Below are positions 7,887 to 16,708 of a DNA stretch of 24,645 nucleotides, piece after piece. A program made the translations under genes and the position numbers. Position 1 is the first letter of the stretch; the number at the start of each line of letters is the position of its first letter. The notes under the pieces were generated by a model. The model was not told where the DNA came from, searched no databases, and was given only the letters and a program-made list of their open reading frames with translations. This stretch comes from an uncultured Chloroflexia bacterium (GTDB lineage: Bacteria > Chloroflexota > Dehalococcoidia > UBA2979): assembly GCA_963728205.1 (NCBI GenBank), contig CAVSIV010000003.1, positions 1-24,645 on the forward strand, read 5' to 3'.

Positions 7887-8148
7887 GGCTGCCTCGCTCT
7901 GCCCGGCGCCGCCGCGCGCGAACGCGCACGTCGCTCACGCCCGGCACACCCACGGTACGCCCTCGGCTCGCCGTGGTCTGCCCGTCGCCGCGCCCGGCGA
8001 GCGCCGCCCCGGCCGATCCGGGAGGTGCTACCGTGAGCGCACCGTGTGCCGCGTGCACCCGCACGCGCCCCGCGCCTCCGCCTCCCTCGTCCCGGGTGAG
8101 CACGGCGCGCTGCCCGCACTCGCGAACTTGCTGGAGGCACACGCCACC

Positions 8149-8514
8149 ATGACCTCATCGGGCACCCACGCATCGGGGTCGATGCGCTTCCAGCTACACG
8201 AGGTCCTCTCGGGCATGCTCGCCTCGATCTCGGCGAATTCGTTCACCGACGACCCCGCCCGGCTCGCCGCGATGTTCGAATCGCTCTCCGGCCAGTTCGC
8301 GCTCTTCGCCCCGTTCCAGTCGGGCGTCGACGCCGACGCGGTGGACGCGGCACTGCAGAAGCTCGCACAGCAGCACGTCATCGAGCACGGCGACGGCGGG
8401 TACACGGTGACCGCGGAGGGCCTCGCGCACTGCGTCAGCAGCAAGCGCACGCTCTTCAACCAGGGCGACCGCGAGCAGCTCGAAGCCGCCGCGGTCGTCT
8501 TCGACACGCTCTAG
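8149..8514 (+). CDS. Hypothetical protein, possible winged-helix-like C-terminal half
   Basis: SD GGAGG and ATG at 8149; coding-like codon usage; helix plus hairpin pattern VDAALQKLAQQHVIEHGDGGYTVTAEG. Confidence 0.75.
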   Translation: MTSSGTHASGSMRFQLHEVLSGMLASISANSFTDDPARLAAMFESLSGQFALFAPFQSGVDADAVDAALQKLAQQHVIEHGDGGYTVTAEGLAHCVSSKRTLFNQGDREQLEAAAVVFDTL

Positions 8515-8547
8515 GCCGGGGCGGGCGGCGTGCGCGGAGGTCGCGAG

Positions 8548-8730
8548 ATGGACGTGGGGGCGATGGTGCGCCGGCTGATCGGGCGGTTGCGCCCGCCGCC
8601 GCGGGGACCCCGCGGTCCGCGGCCGCGCGGCCGCGGCGAGAGCACCGAGCAGCGGGCGGCGCGTCGGTACTGGGACGAGCAGGTCGCCGACGATCACGCG
8701 CGCCGTGGCGTGAACGACAAGCACGCCTAG
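8548..8730 (+). CDS. Small basic hypothetical protein (60 aa)
   Basis: SD GGAGG at 8536-8540 before ATG 8548; MDVGAMVRRLIGRLRPPP...RRYWDEQVADDH. Confidence 0.5.
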   Translation: MDVGAMVRRLIGRLRPPPRGPRGPRPRGRGESTEQRAARRYWDEQVADDHARRGVNDKHA

Positions 8731-8779
8731 CGTCTCGCGCGGGTCGGGGGTTGCCCGACCAGCGCCTGCCGGCGGCGCA

Positions 8780-8789
8780 TGCTACGCTC
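8780..8789 (+). promoter_or_regulatory. Extended -10 promoter (TGcTACGCT) for the helicase, implying a ~255-nt 5'UTR
   Basis: TGCTACGCTC, identical to the element upstream of the RRM gene. Confidence 0.55.
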
Positions 8790-9048
8790 GCAACACCGCC
8801 GGCGGGTTCAGCCCGTGTGGCGCGTCCCCTCAGACCCTCTTCTCGCCACGACCTGACGAACCTCGTGAGCCCGGAAGAGCGCCGCGAACCTCTGCGGACG
8901 GGAACGCCCGTCTCACGCGGCTCATTCTGAGCGGCTCATCGGCACGGAGCCCGCAGGCTGGCGGCTCCACCGTGCTGATCGTCACCCGTCGCCGCGGCGG
9001 CGACACCCTTCCGCCGCGCCCGCCAGCCCCAATCGGAGCGCGTTCCGC

Positions 9049-10485
9049 GTGTCATCCACGGCCGTCCCGGCCTCGTACCCCTCCCAGGAGGATCGCCCCG
9101 CCATCGCCCGCCGCCGCCCGGCATCATCCGCACCGGTGCCGGCGGCCGCCCCCGCCGCCCCGGCCGCCACGGCCGGCTTCCAGGCGCTTGGCCTGCCCGC
9201 CGACCTCGATGCCGTCCTGCAGCGCCTGGGCCTCACCACCCCCACGCCAATCCAGGCACTCACCATCGGCGACGCGCTCGCCGGCCGCGACGTCTGCGGC
9301 AAGGCGCAGACGGGCTCGGGGAAGACGCTCGCGTTCGGCCTGCCGCTGATCGCGCGCACCACGACCGCGCGCCGGCGCCGCCCGCGCGCGCTGGTCCTCG
9401 TGCCGACACGCGAGCTCGCGAACCAGGTCGCCGAAGCCCTCACGCCCTTCGCCGCCGAGCGCGGCCTCTGGCTCAGCACCGTCTACGGCGGGGTCTCGAT
9501 GGTTCGCCAGGTGCGCGCGCTGCAGGCAGGCGTCGACGTCGTGATCGCGACCCCCGGCCGCCTCAACGACCTGCTGGAGCAGGGCGAGCTCTCCGTCGCC
9601 GACGTCGAGTTCGTCGTCCTCGACGAGGCCAATCAGATGTCCGACATGGGCTTCCTGCCGCAGGTCCAGCGCATCCTCGACCGGGTCGAGGGCCAGCCGC
9701 AGACGCTGCTGTTCTCCGCGACGCTCGACGGCGCAATCGGCACGCTCGTGCGCCGCTACCAGCACGACCCGGTGCACCACGCGGTCGCGGCGGCGGTCGA
9801 GTCGACCGACGCCATGGACCAGCGGTTCATCGGCGTCCTGCCGGCGGAGCGCATCGCCGTCACCGCCGCGATCTGCGCGGCGGCCGAGCGGTCGCTCGTC
9901 TTCGTGAGCACGACGCGCGGTGCGGATCGGCTCGCCGAGCACCTCGAGCGCACGGGGCTGCGCTGCGCCGCGATCCACGGTCGGCTCGCGCAGAACCGGC
10001 GTGAGCGCGTGCTCGCGTCGTTCGCCAGCGGCGCGACGCCCGTGCTGATCGCGACGAACGTCGCGGCGCGCGGCATCCACGTCGACGGCGTCGACGTGGT
10101 CGTGCACTACGACCCGCCCGAGGACGCGAAGGTCTACCTCCACCGCTCGGGCCGCACGGCGCGCGCGGGCGACCGCGGACTCGTCGTCACCCTGGCGCAG
10201 CCCGAGCACGAGCGTGACATCACGCGCCTCATCCAGGAGGTCGGCATCGACCACGACATCGTGCGCATGCGCCCGGACGACGAGCGCCTCGCCGACCTCG
10301 CGGCCTGGGAGCCGCCGGCGTCGACGGCGGGGCCGGTCAGCGGGACGTACAGCGTGCGCAAGCAGAACCGCGGCGGCGGTGGCGGCAACGGCGCGCGACG
10401 CGGGGCGCCCCCCGTGGCGCGCCCCGCGTCGCCGCGCTCGCGCACGCCTGCCGGTCGCGCCCGCCGGCGCGACGCGCGCTGGTAG
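9049..10485 (+). CDS. DEAD-box family RNA helicase (RhlE/CshA-like); motif II reads DEAN
   Basis: Q motif PTPIQ, AQTGSGKT, PTRELA, GG, TPGRL, DEAN, SAT, ATNVAARGIH, HRSGRTAR; basic C-terminal tail. Start uncertain. Confidence 0.93.
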   Translation: MSSTAVPASYPSQEDRPAIARRRPASSAPVPAAAPAAPAATAGFQALGLPADLDAVLQRLGLTTPTPIQALTIGDALAGRDVCGKAQTGSGKTLAFGLPLIARTTTARRRRPRALVLVPTRELANQVAEALTPFAAERGLWLSTVYGGVSMVRQVRALQAGVDVVIATPGRLNDLLEQGELSVADVEFVVLDEANQMSDMGFLPQVQRILDRVEGQPQTLLFSATLDGAIGTLVRRYQHDPVHHAVAAAVESTDAMDQRFIGVLPAERIAVTAAICAAAERSLVFVSTTRGADRLAEHLERTGLRCAAIHGRLAQNRRERVLASFASGATPVLIATNVAARGIHVDGVDVVVHYDPPEDAKVYLHRSGRTARAGDRGLVVTLAQPEHERDITRLIQEVGIDHDIVRMRPDDERLADLAAWEPPASTAGPVSGTYSVRKQNRGGGGGNGARRGAPPVARPASPRSRTPAGRARRRDARW

Positions 10486-10505
10486 GACACTCCGCGCGTG
10501 GCGAG

Positions 10506-10526
10506 CGGAGGGCGTCCCGCCCTCCG
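10506..10526 (+). terminator. GC-rich hairpin after the helicase stop
   Basis: CGGAGGGCG-TCC-CGCCCTCCG, perfect 9-bp stem; no U-tract. Confidence 0.4.
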
Positions 10527-10664
10527 ACTCAGCCGGCCTCTCCGACTCAGCCGGCCCCTCCGACTCAGCCGGCCCCCTCCGACTCAGCCGGCCCCCTCCG
10601 ACTCAGCCGGCCTCTCCGACTCAGCCGGCCCCCTCCGACTCAGCCGGCCCCCCCGACTCAGCCG
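10524..10664. repeat. Intergenic tandem repeat (VNTR): 8 copies of CCGACTCAGCCG(G)-C-run, 18-19 bp units
   Basis: Units start at 10524, 10542, 10560, 10579, 10598, 10616, 10635 and 10653 (last one partial); the 12-mer CCGACTCAGCCG is invariant. Confidence 0.95.
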
Positions 10665-10680
10665 TCCCCAGCGCGGCGTT

Positions 10681-10709
10681 TTGACCCTGCCGCCCGCGGA
10701 CGCCACAAT
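10681..10709 (+). promoter_or_regulatory. Sigma70-type promoter for the YHYH gene
   Basis: TTGACC-17 bp-CACAAT, 42 bp upstream of GTG 10752. Confidence 0.6.
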
Positions 10710-10751
10710 CCCGCGCATGCGCTCGACCGCACGCACGCAACCGGGACGCGC

Positions 10752-11951
10752 GTGACAGGGCGCGCACGCCTCGCCGTGCTCACGCTCGCCGCGCTGGCCG
10801 CGCTCGCCGCCGCCGCGTGCGGCGCGACGGGTGCCGGCCCTGCGCCGTCCGTCACCCCGTCTCGGTCGGCTGCCAACACGCACACACAGGGGTCCGGCAC
10901 CGCGGTCGCGTCGGGACGCGCGCAGCCCAGGTCGACCACCGCCGCCGCGCCCGGCGTTTCCTCTTCAACCGCCTCGCGACCGACCCCCACCGCGACCGCC
11001 GCGCCGGCCGAGACGCCGGTCGGTACGCCGCGATCCACCGCCGCCACGGTTGCGCCCTCCTCGCCGTCCCCCGCACCCGCCGCCGCGAGCACACCCCGCC
11101 CCACCGCGACCGCCGCCGCCGCGTCCGCCAACGACTGGACCGACGCCGTCGATCCCACCCGCATCCCCGTCGGCGACGGCAGGGTGTCGAGCACGCCGCG
11201 CGTCGGCTACGTCGACTCCTGCACGACCACCTTCCGCGGCGGCGGAGCCGAGCACGCCGGCGCCTGGCTCGACGCCGCCGCCGGCACCTGGAACCTCGAG
11301 ACGAAGATCTCCGTGGCCGGCGAGCGCTACTGGTCGAACGCCACGTTCAACGCCCACGTGCAGGGCGCAACCCGTGTGATCACGAGCGTTGACCTGCCCG
11401 TCGGGGTGCCGACGGGCACGTTCCCGATCGCGCGTTCCGACCCGGCCTTCCAGTTCGACCGCAACCCGAATGCCATCGCCACGCAGTCGGTCACCTACCA
11501 GCTGCCGGCGAACCCGGTCGCCGCAGCCTCGCCCTCGTGCACCGGTCTCGGCCCAATCGGGATCACCACCGACGGCGTCTTCCTCTACAACGCGCTGGAC
11601 GACGGCGGCCGCGACGCCGGTGCGCACGAGGTCCAGGACAGCTGCCAGGGCCACCCCGACGGCCGCGAGCGATACCACTACCACTCGATCTCGGGGTGCC
11701 TGGAGTCGCCGCAGCCGGGGACATCGATGCTCGTCGGCTACGCCCTGGACGGCTACGGCATCTACGCGGAGTGGAACGCCGCGGGTCACCTGCCGACGAA
11801 CGCGGACCTCGACGCCTGCCACGGTCGCACCAGCACCATCACGTGGGACGGCGCGCCGCGTTCCATCTACCACTACGACGTGACGCTCGAGTACCCGTAC
11901 ACGGTCGGCTGCTACCACGGCGCGCCGATCCCGGCGAACGGCCCGCGTTAG
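10752..11951 (+). CDS. YHYH-domain lipoprotein with a long Ser/Thr/Pro linker
   Basis: Lipobox-like LAAAAC-G; GPIGITTDGV, DSCQGHP...YHYH, VGYALDGYGIY, DLDACHG, YHY....YPY. Confidence 0.88.
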   Translation: MTGRARLAVLTLAALAALAAAACGATGAGPAPSVTPSRSAANTHTQGSGTAVASGRAQPRSTTAAAPGVSSSTASRPTPTATAAPAETPVGTPRSTAATVAPSSPSPAPAAASTPRPTATAAAASANDWTDAVDPTRIPVGDGRVSSTPRVGYVDSCTTTFRGGGAEHAGAWLDAAAGTWNLETKISVAGERYWSNATFNAHVQGATRVITSVDLPVGVPTGTFPIARSDPAFQFDRNPNAIATQSVTYQLPANPVAAASPSCTGLGPIGITTDGVFLYNALDDGGRDAGAHEVQDSCQGHPDGRERYHYHSISGCLESPQPGTSMLVGYALDGYGIYAEWNAAGHLPTNADLDACHGRTSTITWDGAPRSIYHYDVTLEYPYTVGCYHGAPIPANGPR

Positions 11952-12006
11952 CGGGCCGAGGAGCGCGCGCCACCCCGTGCCGGTGCCCGCCGCTGCCCGC
12001 CACGCC

Positions 12007-12777
12007 TCAGACGATGCCGCGGTTCCCGTGCAATCCGCCGTCCACCGCCAGGATCGCGCCCGTCGTGAACGACGACGCGTCGCTCGCGAAATAGAGCGCC
12101 GCACCCACCACCTCATCGGGCCGCCCGCCGCGCCCGAGCGGGATCGTCTGCCGGGCGCGCGCGTTGAACCCCTCGAGGTCCCACGCCTTCGACACGTCGG
12201 TGAGGAACGGGCCCGCCATGATGCAGTTCACCCGCACCTTCGGCCCGTACGCGACCGCGAACGAGCGCGTGAGGTTGTTCAGGCCCGCCTTCGCCGCGCC
12301 GTAGGGCTCGGCGCCGGGCGATGGGCTGACCGATGCCGTGCTCGACACGTTGATGATGCTGCCGCCATCGCCGGCCGCCATGCGCGCCCCCACCAGCGCC
12401 GACAGGCGGAACGGCCCCTTCAGGTTCACGCCGACGACCTTGTCGAACAGGTCCTCCGTGACCGCGTCGAGCGACGGGTAGAGCGGCGACATTCCGGCGT
12501 TGTTCACGAGCACGTCGAGCCGCCCGAACTCGTCGTAGGCGGCATCAACGAGCCCGTCGAGCTCGTCCCAGTGGCCGACGTGGCACGCGTACGGAAACGC
12601 GCGACGGCCGAGCGCGCGGATCTCGCCGGCGGCGCGCTCGCACGACTCGAGGTTGCGGCTCGCGACAACGACGTCGGCGCCGTTCTCCGCGAACGCGAGC
12701 GCCATCGCGTACCCGAGCCCGCGGCTGCCCCCCGTCACGAGCGCAACCTTGCCCGACAGGTCCACCGTCATCGCCAC
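12007..12777 (-). CDS. Short-chain dehydrogenase/reductase
   Basis: SD GAGGAG; TGGSRGLG, NNAG, YGAAK, VDGG. Confidence 0.93.
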   Translation of the reverse strand: MAMTVDLSGKVALVTGGSRGLGYAMALAFAENGADVVVASRNLESCERAAGEIRALGRRAFPYACHVGHWDELDGLVDAAYDEFGRLDVLVNNAGMSPLYPSLDAVTEDLFDKVVGVNLKGPFRLSALVGARMAAGDGGSIINVSSTASVSPSPGAEPYGAAKAGLNNLTRSFAVAYGPKVRVNCIMAGPFLTDVSKAWDLEGFNARARQTIPLGRGGRPDEVVGAALYFASDASSFTTGAILAVDGGLHGNRGIV

Positions 12778-12882
12778 CGCGCGTGCTCCTCTCGCCGCCG
12801 CCTGCGCGCGGGGCGTCGGGAAGATAGCCCGGCACCCACGTCAGTCACCATGCCCCGCGCCGTGCGGGCACGACCTCACCCA

Positions 12883-12971
12883 AAGCGGCGGCAGACATGC
12901 CGCCGACAGGACGCGGACGCAGTCCGCGGCTGCCGCCGCTCGCCGCGTCGGCGGCATGTCTGCCGCCGCTT
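12883..12971. repeat. REP-doublet/MITE-like inverted repeat, copy 1
   Basis: Perfect 25-bp inverted arms AAGCGGCGGCAGACATGCCGCCGAC (12883-12907 / 12947-12971) around 39 bp; each arm is itself a hairpin. Confidence 0.85.
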
Positions 12972-13001
12972 CGACGCTCCGATGAGCGCTGGGCTCAGTC
13001 G

Positions 13002-14468
13002 TCAGGCGAGCGGCGCCGGCCGCGCCCCCGCCGTGAAGCGCCGGTGCACCGTGCCGTCGCCGTCGAGGCGGTAGAGGCTGAACTCGATGTGGTGGCCGCC
13101 GTCGGGCAACGGATCCACGCGCACCGCACCGAAGTTGTTGCGCGGCTCGATGCCCTCGCGCACGGCCACGCAGCGCGCCTCGCCCCAGTTCACGAGCCGC
13201 GTCCCGACGCGGTTCGCCACCGCGTGCGCAACACCGCCCGGCGCCGACAGCGAGCTGCTCGTCCACTGGTGGAAGACGCCGCCGGTCACCCGGTCGCGCA
13301 CGCGGAATGCGGCCCCGGCGTGCACGTCCCCGGAGAGGACGATCACCTGGCGTCCGTGCGCCGCCTGTTGCCACCGACCCAGCAGGGCGATCGTCCAGTC
13401 ACGCTCGGCACGAAAGGGGTCGGCCTCCCAGCGGTCGCGGATGTCGGAGCCGTGCCCGCCGGGCACCCACTGCAGCACGCGCACGGCGTGCGGCGAGAAG
13501 TGGATCAGCGGGATCGAGGCGACGATGAACAGCGTCGGCGTGCCACGCCGCGTCGCCTCCTGCGTGAACGCCTCGAGCGCGTCGCGCTGCGCGCACCCCA
13601 GCACCACGCGCTCCTTCCAGGAGCGGATGCCGCGGAGGTCGAGCACGAAGAAGCCGGCGTCGCCGTGCCAGAAGTCGTATGCATAGGGCGGGTCGCCGTC
13701 GAAGGAGCCGCGCGCGGCGTGCGGCCACTGGTACTCGCGGTAGACGCGCGTCGCCGCGCAGAACATCCGGCGCTCGTCCTCGCGCGTGTGCAGCCGCGAG
13801 CCCCACGAGTTCATGATGTCGTGGTCGTCCCACGTCATGACCGACGGGAACGCTTCGAGCAGCGCTCGAAACCCGCTCTCGTTGAAGTAGCCGCGGTAGA
13901 GGTGCCGGTACGCGTCGACGAATTCCTCGACGGTCGGCGGCGCGCCCTCGCTGCGCGCGCGTGACCAGTCGCGCACGCTCGCACCGTCCACGCCGTCCGA
14001 GTAGACCTGGTCGCCCAGCAGCACGAGGAACTCCGCCGCGCGGTCCGACAGAATGCGTCGCATCGGCCCGTAGATGCCGGCGCGGTCGTGCTTCTCCACG
14101 CGCCCGCCGGCCGCGGGCGCGAACGGCTGGTGGCATGACGCGAACCCGAACGTGAACGCCGCGGGCGCGTCGGGCGCGGCCGCGAAGCGACCGGGCAGGC
14201 GCTGCTCGCCGACCTCCACGGTGAACCGCGCGCGCGGCGCGGCGCTCGCGAGGGAGACGTCGACGAACGCGACGCCGTCGTGCGCGGGGTCGGGCGTCGC
14301 CTCCGCCTGCGCGGCCGCGCCGCCGTCGCGCTCGTCGACGCAGAGCCGCACCGGGACGCGGGCGACGCCCGGGCTGCGCAGCCAGACGCGCACCGCGCGG
14401 TCGGTGACCGCGCCCAGACACGCCCAGTGGTCGAGCAGGCCATCGGGGAACTCGAGCCTGAGAGGCAT
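13002..14468 (-). CDS. PhoD-like (alkaline phosphatase D family) metallophosphatase
   Basis: SD GGGAG before ATG 14468; LGAVT....RVW, FASC, LLGDQVYSD, WDDHD, LD.R, D.W, LSGDVH. Confidence 0.85.
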   Translation of the reverse strand: MPLRLEFPDGLLDHWACLGAVTDRAVRVWLRSPGVARVPVRLCVDERDGGAAAQAEATPDPAHDGVAFVDVSLASAAPRARFTVEVGEQRLPGRFAAAPDAPAAFTFGFASCHQPFAPAAGGRVEKHDRAGIYGPMRRILSDRAAEFLVLLGDQVYSDGVDGASVRDWSRARSEGAPPTVEEFVDAYRHLYRGYFNESGFRALLEAFPSVMTWDDHDIMNSWGSRLHTREDERRMFCAATRVYREYQWPHAARGSFDGDPPYAYDFWHGDAGFFVLDLRGIRSWKERVVLGCAQRDALEAFTQEATRRGTPTLFIVASIPLIHFSPHAVRVLQWVPGGHGSDIRDRWEADPFRAERDWTIALLGRWQQAAHGRQVIVLSGDVHAGAAFRVRDRVTGGVFHQWTSSSLSAPGGVAHAVANRVGTRLVNWGEARCVAVREGIEPRNNFGAVRVDPLPDGGHHIEFSLYRLDGDGTVHRRFTAGARPAPLA

Positions 14469-14609
14469 GACCAACTCCCGACGCGCTGCACAGCCGCCCG
14501 TCGTGGCCAGGCGGCCCGCAGGGGTGGGGGGGCGCAACGATCGTACCCGGCGGCGTCTCCGCGGCCGGAGCGCGGTCATCGCCACGTGCCGGGAGGCGTC
14601 GCCCGGTCG

Positions 14610-15704
14610 CTAGCCGTACCGGTTCCACGCGAGCGAAAGACCGACCGCCGCCGTCGCGAGCAGGGCGCCCAGCGCGACGAACGCGAAGCTCAGCTCGACG
14701 TGCTCGTGTTGCAGTGTGACCTCGGAGGGGAGGTGGTGGAAGACGTCGACCAGCTCGCTCGCGTCCTGTGCGCGGTGGTACGTGCCGCCGGTGGCGTCCG
14801 CGATGCCCTGCAGCGTCTGCTCGTCGATCAGCAGCGCCGACCGCCCCCCGCCGCCGAAGTTGCCGCCGCCGAAGTTGCCGCCGCCGAAGCCGAAGCTCCG
14901 ACCGCCGCCGGCGAAGCGGCCGCCGAAGACGTCGCCCCCCAGCTGCTGCTGGGAGCACGCGAGCGGCGCGCCCTCCGTCGTCCCGAAACCGATCGTGTAG
15001 ATGCGCACGCGGCGCGCGGCCGCCTGCTGCGCGGCCACCAGCGGGTCGACGCCCTGCGTCGTCGCGCCGTCCGTGAGCAGCACGACAATGTCGGGCTGGT
15101 AGCCGCCGGCCGCCGCCCCGGCCGCGGGCGTCGCGACGTCGAGTCCGGTTCGCGGGACGCCCGGGTTCACCGCCGCGATGGCGTCGACCGCACGCAGCTC
15201 CGCCGTCCCGACGGCCGTACCGCGCCCCGTGGTGAAGCCATCGATCGCGGCGACGAGCGCCTCGCGGTCGGTCGTCGGCGGCACCACCAGCTGCGCGATG
15301 CCCGAGAACGCCACGATGCCGATGCGCGTCCCGGCCGGCTGGTTCCGCACGAAGGTGCGCGCGACGTCCTGCGCGACCGCCAGCCGGTTCGGCGGCACGT
15401 CCGTGGAGCACATCGACAGCGACACGTCGAGCGCGAGGATCACCGTCGTGCGGCTGGTCGGCACGACCACCGACGCCTGCGGCCGCGCGGCGGCGACCGC
15501 GAGGCTCAGGAGCGCGGCGAGGAACAGCGCGAACGGCAGCCGCCGCCGCCAGCGCGACTGCGCCGGCAGCGCCTCGCGGATCAGCGCGAGGCTCGCGTAG
15601 CGCACCGCGAAGCGCCGGCGCCGGCGGCGCAGCAGGAGGTACGCGCCGAGCACGAGGGGCGCCACGAGCAGGAGGAAGAGCGCGGAGGGCCAGGCGAAGG
15701 TCAT
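14610..15704 (-). CDS. BatA-like membrane-anchored VWA domain protein with a Gly/Phe-rich insert
   Basis: MTFAWPSALFLLL N-terminal TMs, LARP-like motif, MIDAS DVSLSM, LLTDG, C-terminal TM. Confidence 0.9.
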   Translation of the reverse strand: MTFAWPSALFLLLVAPLVLGAYLLLRRRRRRFAVRYASLALIREALPAQSRWRRRLPFALFLAALLSLAVAAARPQASVVVPTSRTTVILALDVSLSMCSTDVPPNRLAVAQDVARTFVRNQPAGTRIGIVAFSGIAQLVVPPTTDREALVAAIDGFTTGRGTAVGTAELRAVDAIAAVNPGVPRTGLDVATPAAGAAAGGYQPDIVVLLTDGATTQGVDPLVAAQQAAARRVRIYTIGFGTTEGAPLACSQQQLGGDVFGGRFAGGGRSFGFGGGNFGGGNFGGGGRSALLIDEQTLQGIADATGGTYHRAQDASELVDVFHHLPSEVTLQHEHVELSFAFVALGALLATAAVGLSLAWNRYG

Positions 15705-15706
15705 GG

Positions 15707-16708
15707 CTAGGGGACCCTCCCGAACCAGCGCATCGTGAGACCCGCACCGACGACCAGCAGCAGCATGGCCACGACCGCGACGAGCGGCGTCGCCTCCAGC
15801 TCTTCCCCGCGCACGGCGAGCTGCAGATCGATCCTGCCGTACACCTGCTTGAGCTTCGCCGCGTCCTCTGCCCGGAAGTACGTGCCGCCCGTGGTGTCGG
15901 CGATCTTCGACAGCAGCGGCTCGTTCAGCGCCGTCGCGACCTGGTAGCCCTGGATGTCGAGCGTCGCGCCGTCGGGGCTGCCGAGCCCGATCGGGAAGAC
16001 GCGCACGCCGGCGTTGGCCGCGACCTGCGCGACACCGAGCGGGTCGACGCGCGACGTGTCCTCGCCGTCGGAGAGCAGCACGATCACCGCCGACCCGTAG
16101 TAGCCGATGTTCGTCGAAGCCGGGTCGGGCGCGGCCGTCGCCGTGGCCGTCCCGCTCGCGAGCGCAATCGGGTGGCCGGCGATCGCGCCGAGCGACGAGA
16201 ACATGCCCTCGCTCAGCGAGGTCCCGCCCTGCGGCTCGATGCGGTCGATGGCCGCGAGCACATCGCCCTGGTCGTTCGTCGGCTGCTGCAGCACGAACGC
16301 GCTGTCGCTGAAGGCGACCACGCCGATGCGCACCGACGACGGCTGATCGCGCACGAAGGCGTCGGCGGCCTGCTTCGCCGCCGCCATGCGCGTGGGCGCG
16401 AGATCGGTCGCCTCCATGCTCGTCGAGACGTCGAACGCGAGGATCACGGTGCCCTCGCGGTGGGGGAGGGCGACGACGACGGTGGGGCGTGCGAGCGCGG
16501 CGAGCATCAGCGCGAGCGCGGCGAGGAAGAGCGCGGGCGCCAGGTGACGGCGCCAGGCGGCACGCCGGCCACCGCCGCCGTCGGTGACGCGCAGCGGCCC
16601 GAGCGCGGGCGCGGCCGCGGCGCGCCGCCGCATCAGCCAGACGTAGCCGGCGGCCAGCACGGGCACGAGCAGCAGCGAGAGCAGCATCGCCGGCCACGTG
16701 AACGACAT
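15707..16708 (-). CDS. BatA-like membrane-anchored VWA domain protein
   Basis: MSFTWPAMLLSLL, ALARP, MIDAS DVSTSM, LLSDGE, C-terminal TM; ATG overlaps the DUF58 stop. Confidence 0.92.
   Translation of the reverse strand: MSFTWPAMLLSLLLVPVLAAGYVWLMRRRAAAAPALGPLRVTDGGGGRRAAWRRHLAPALFLAALALMLAALARPTVVVALPHREGTVILAFDVSTSMEATDLAPTRMAAAKQAADAFVRDQPSSVRIGVVAFSDSAFVLQQPTNDQGDVLAAIDRIEPQGGTSLSEGMFSSLGAIAGHPIALASGTATATAAPDPASTNIGYYGSAVIVLLSDGEDTSRVDPLGVAQVAANAGVRVFPIGLGSPDGATLDIQGYQVATALNEPLLSKIADTTGGTYFRAEDAAKLKQVYGRIDLQLAVRGEELEATPLVAVVAMLLLVVGAGLTMRWFGRVP

Noticed and set aside
10524-10664. CRISPR array
   Set aside because: Units are directly adjacent with only 5-6 bp C-rich linkers; there are no unique spacers and no cas genes in the window.
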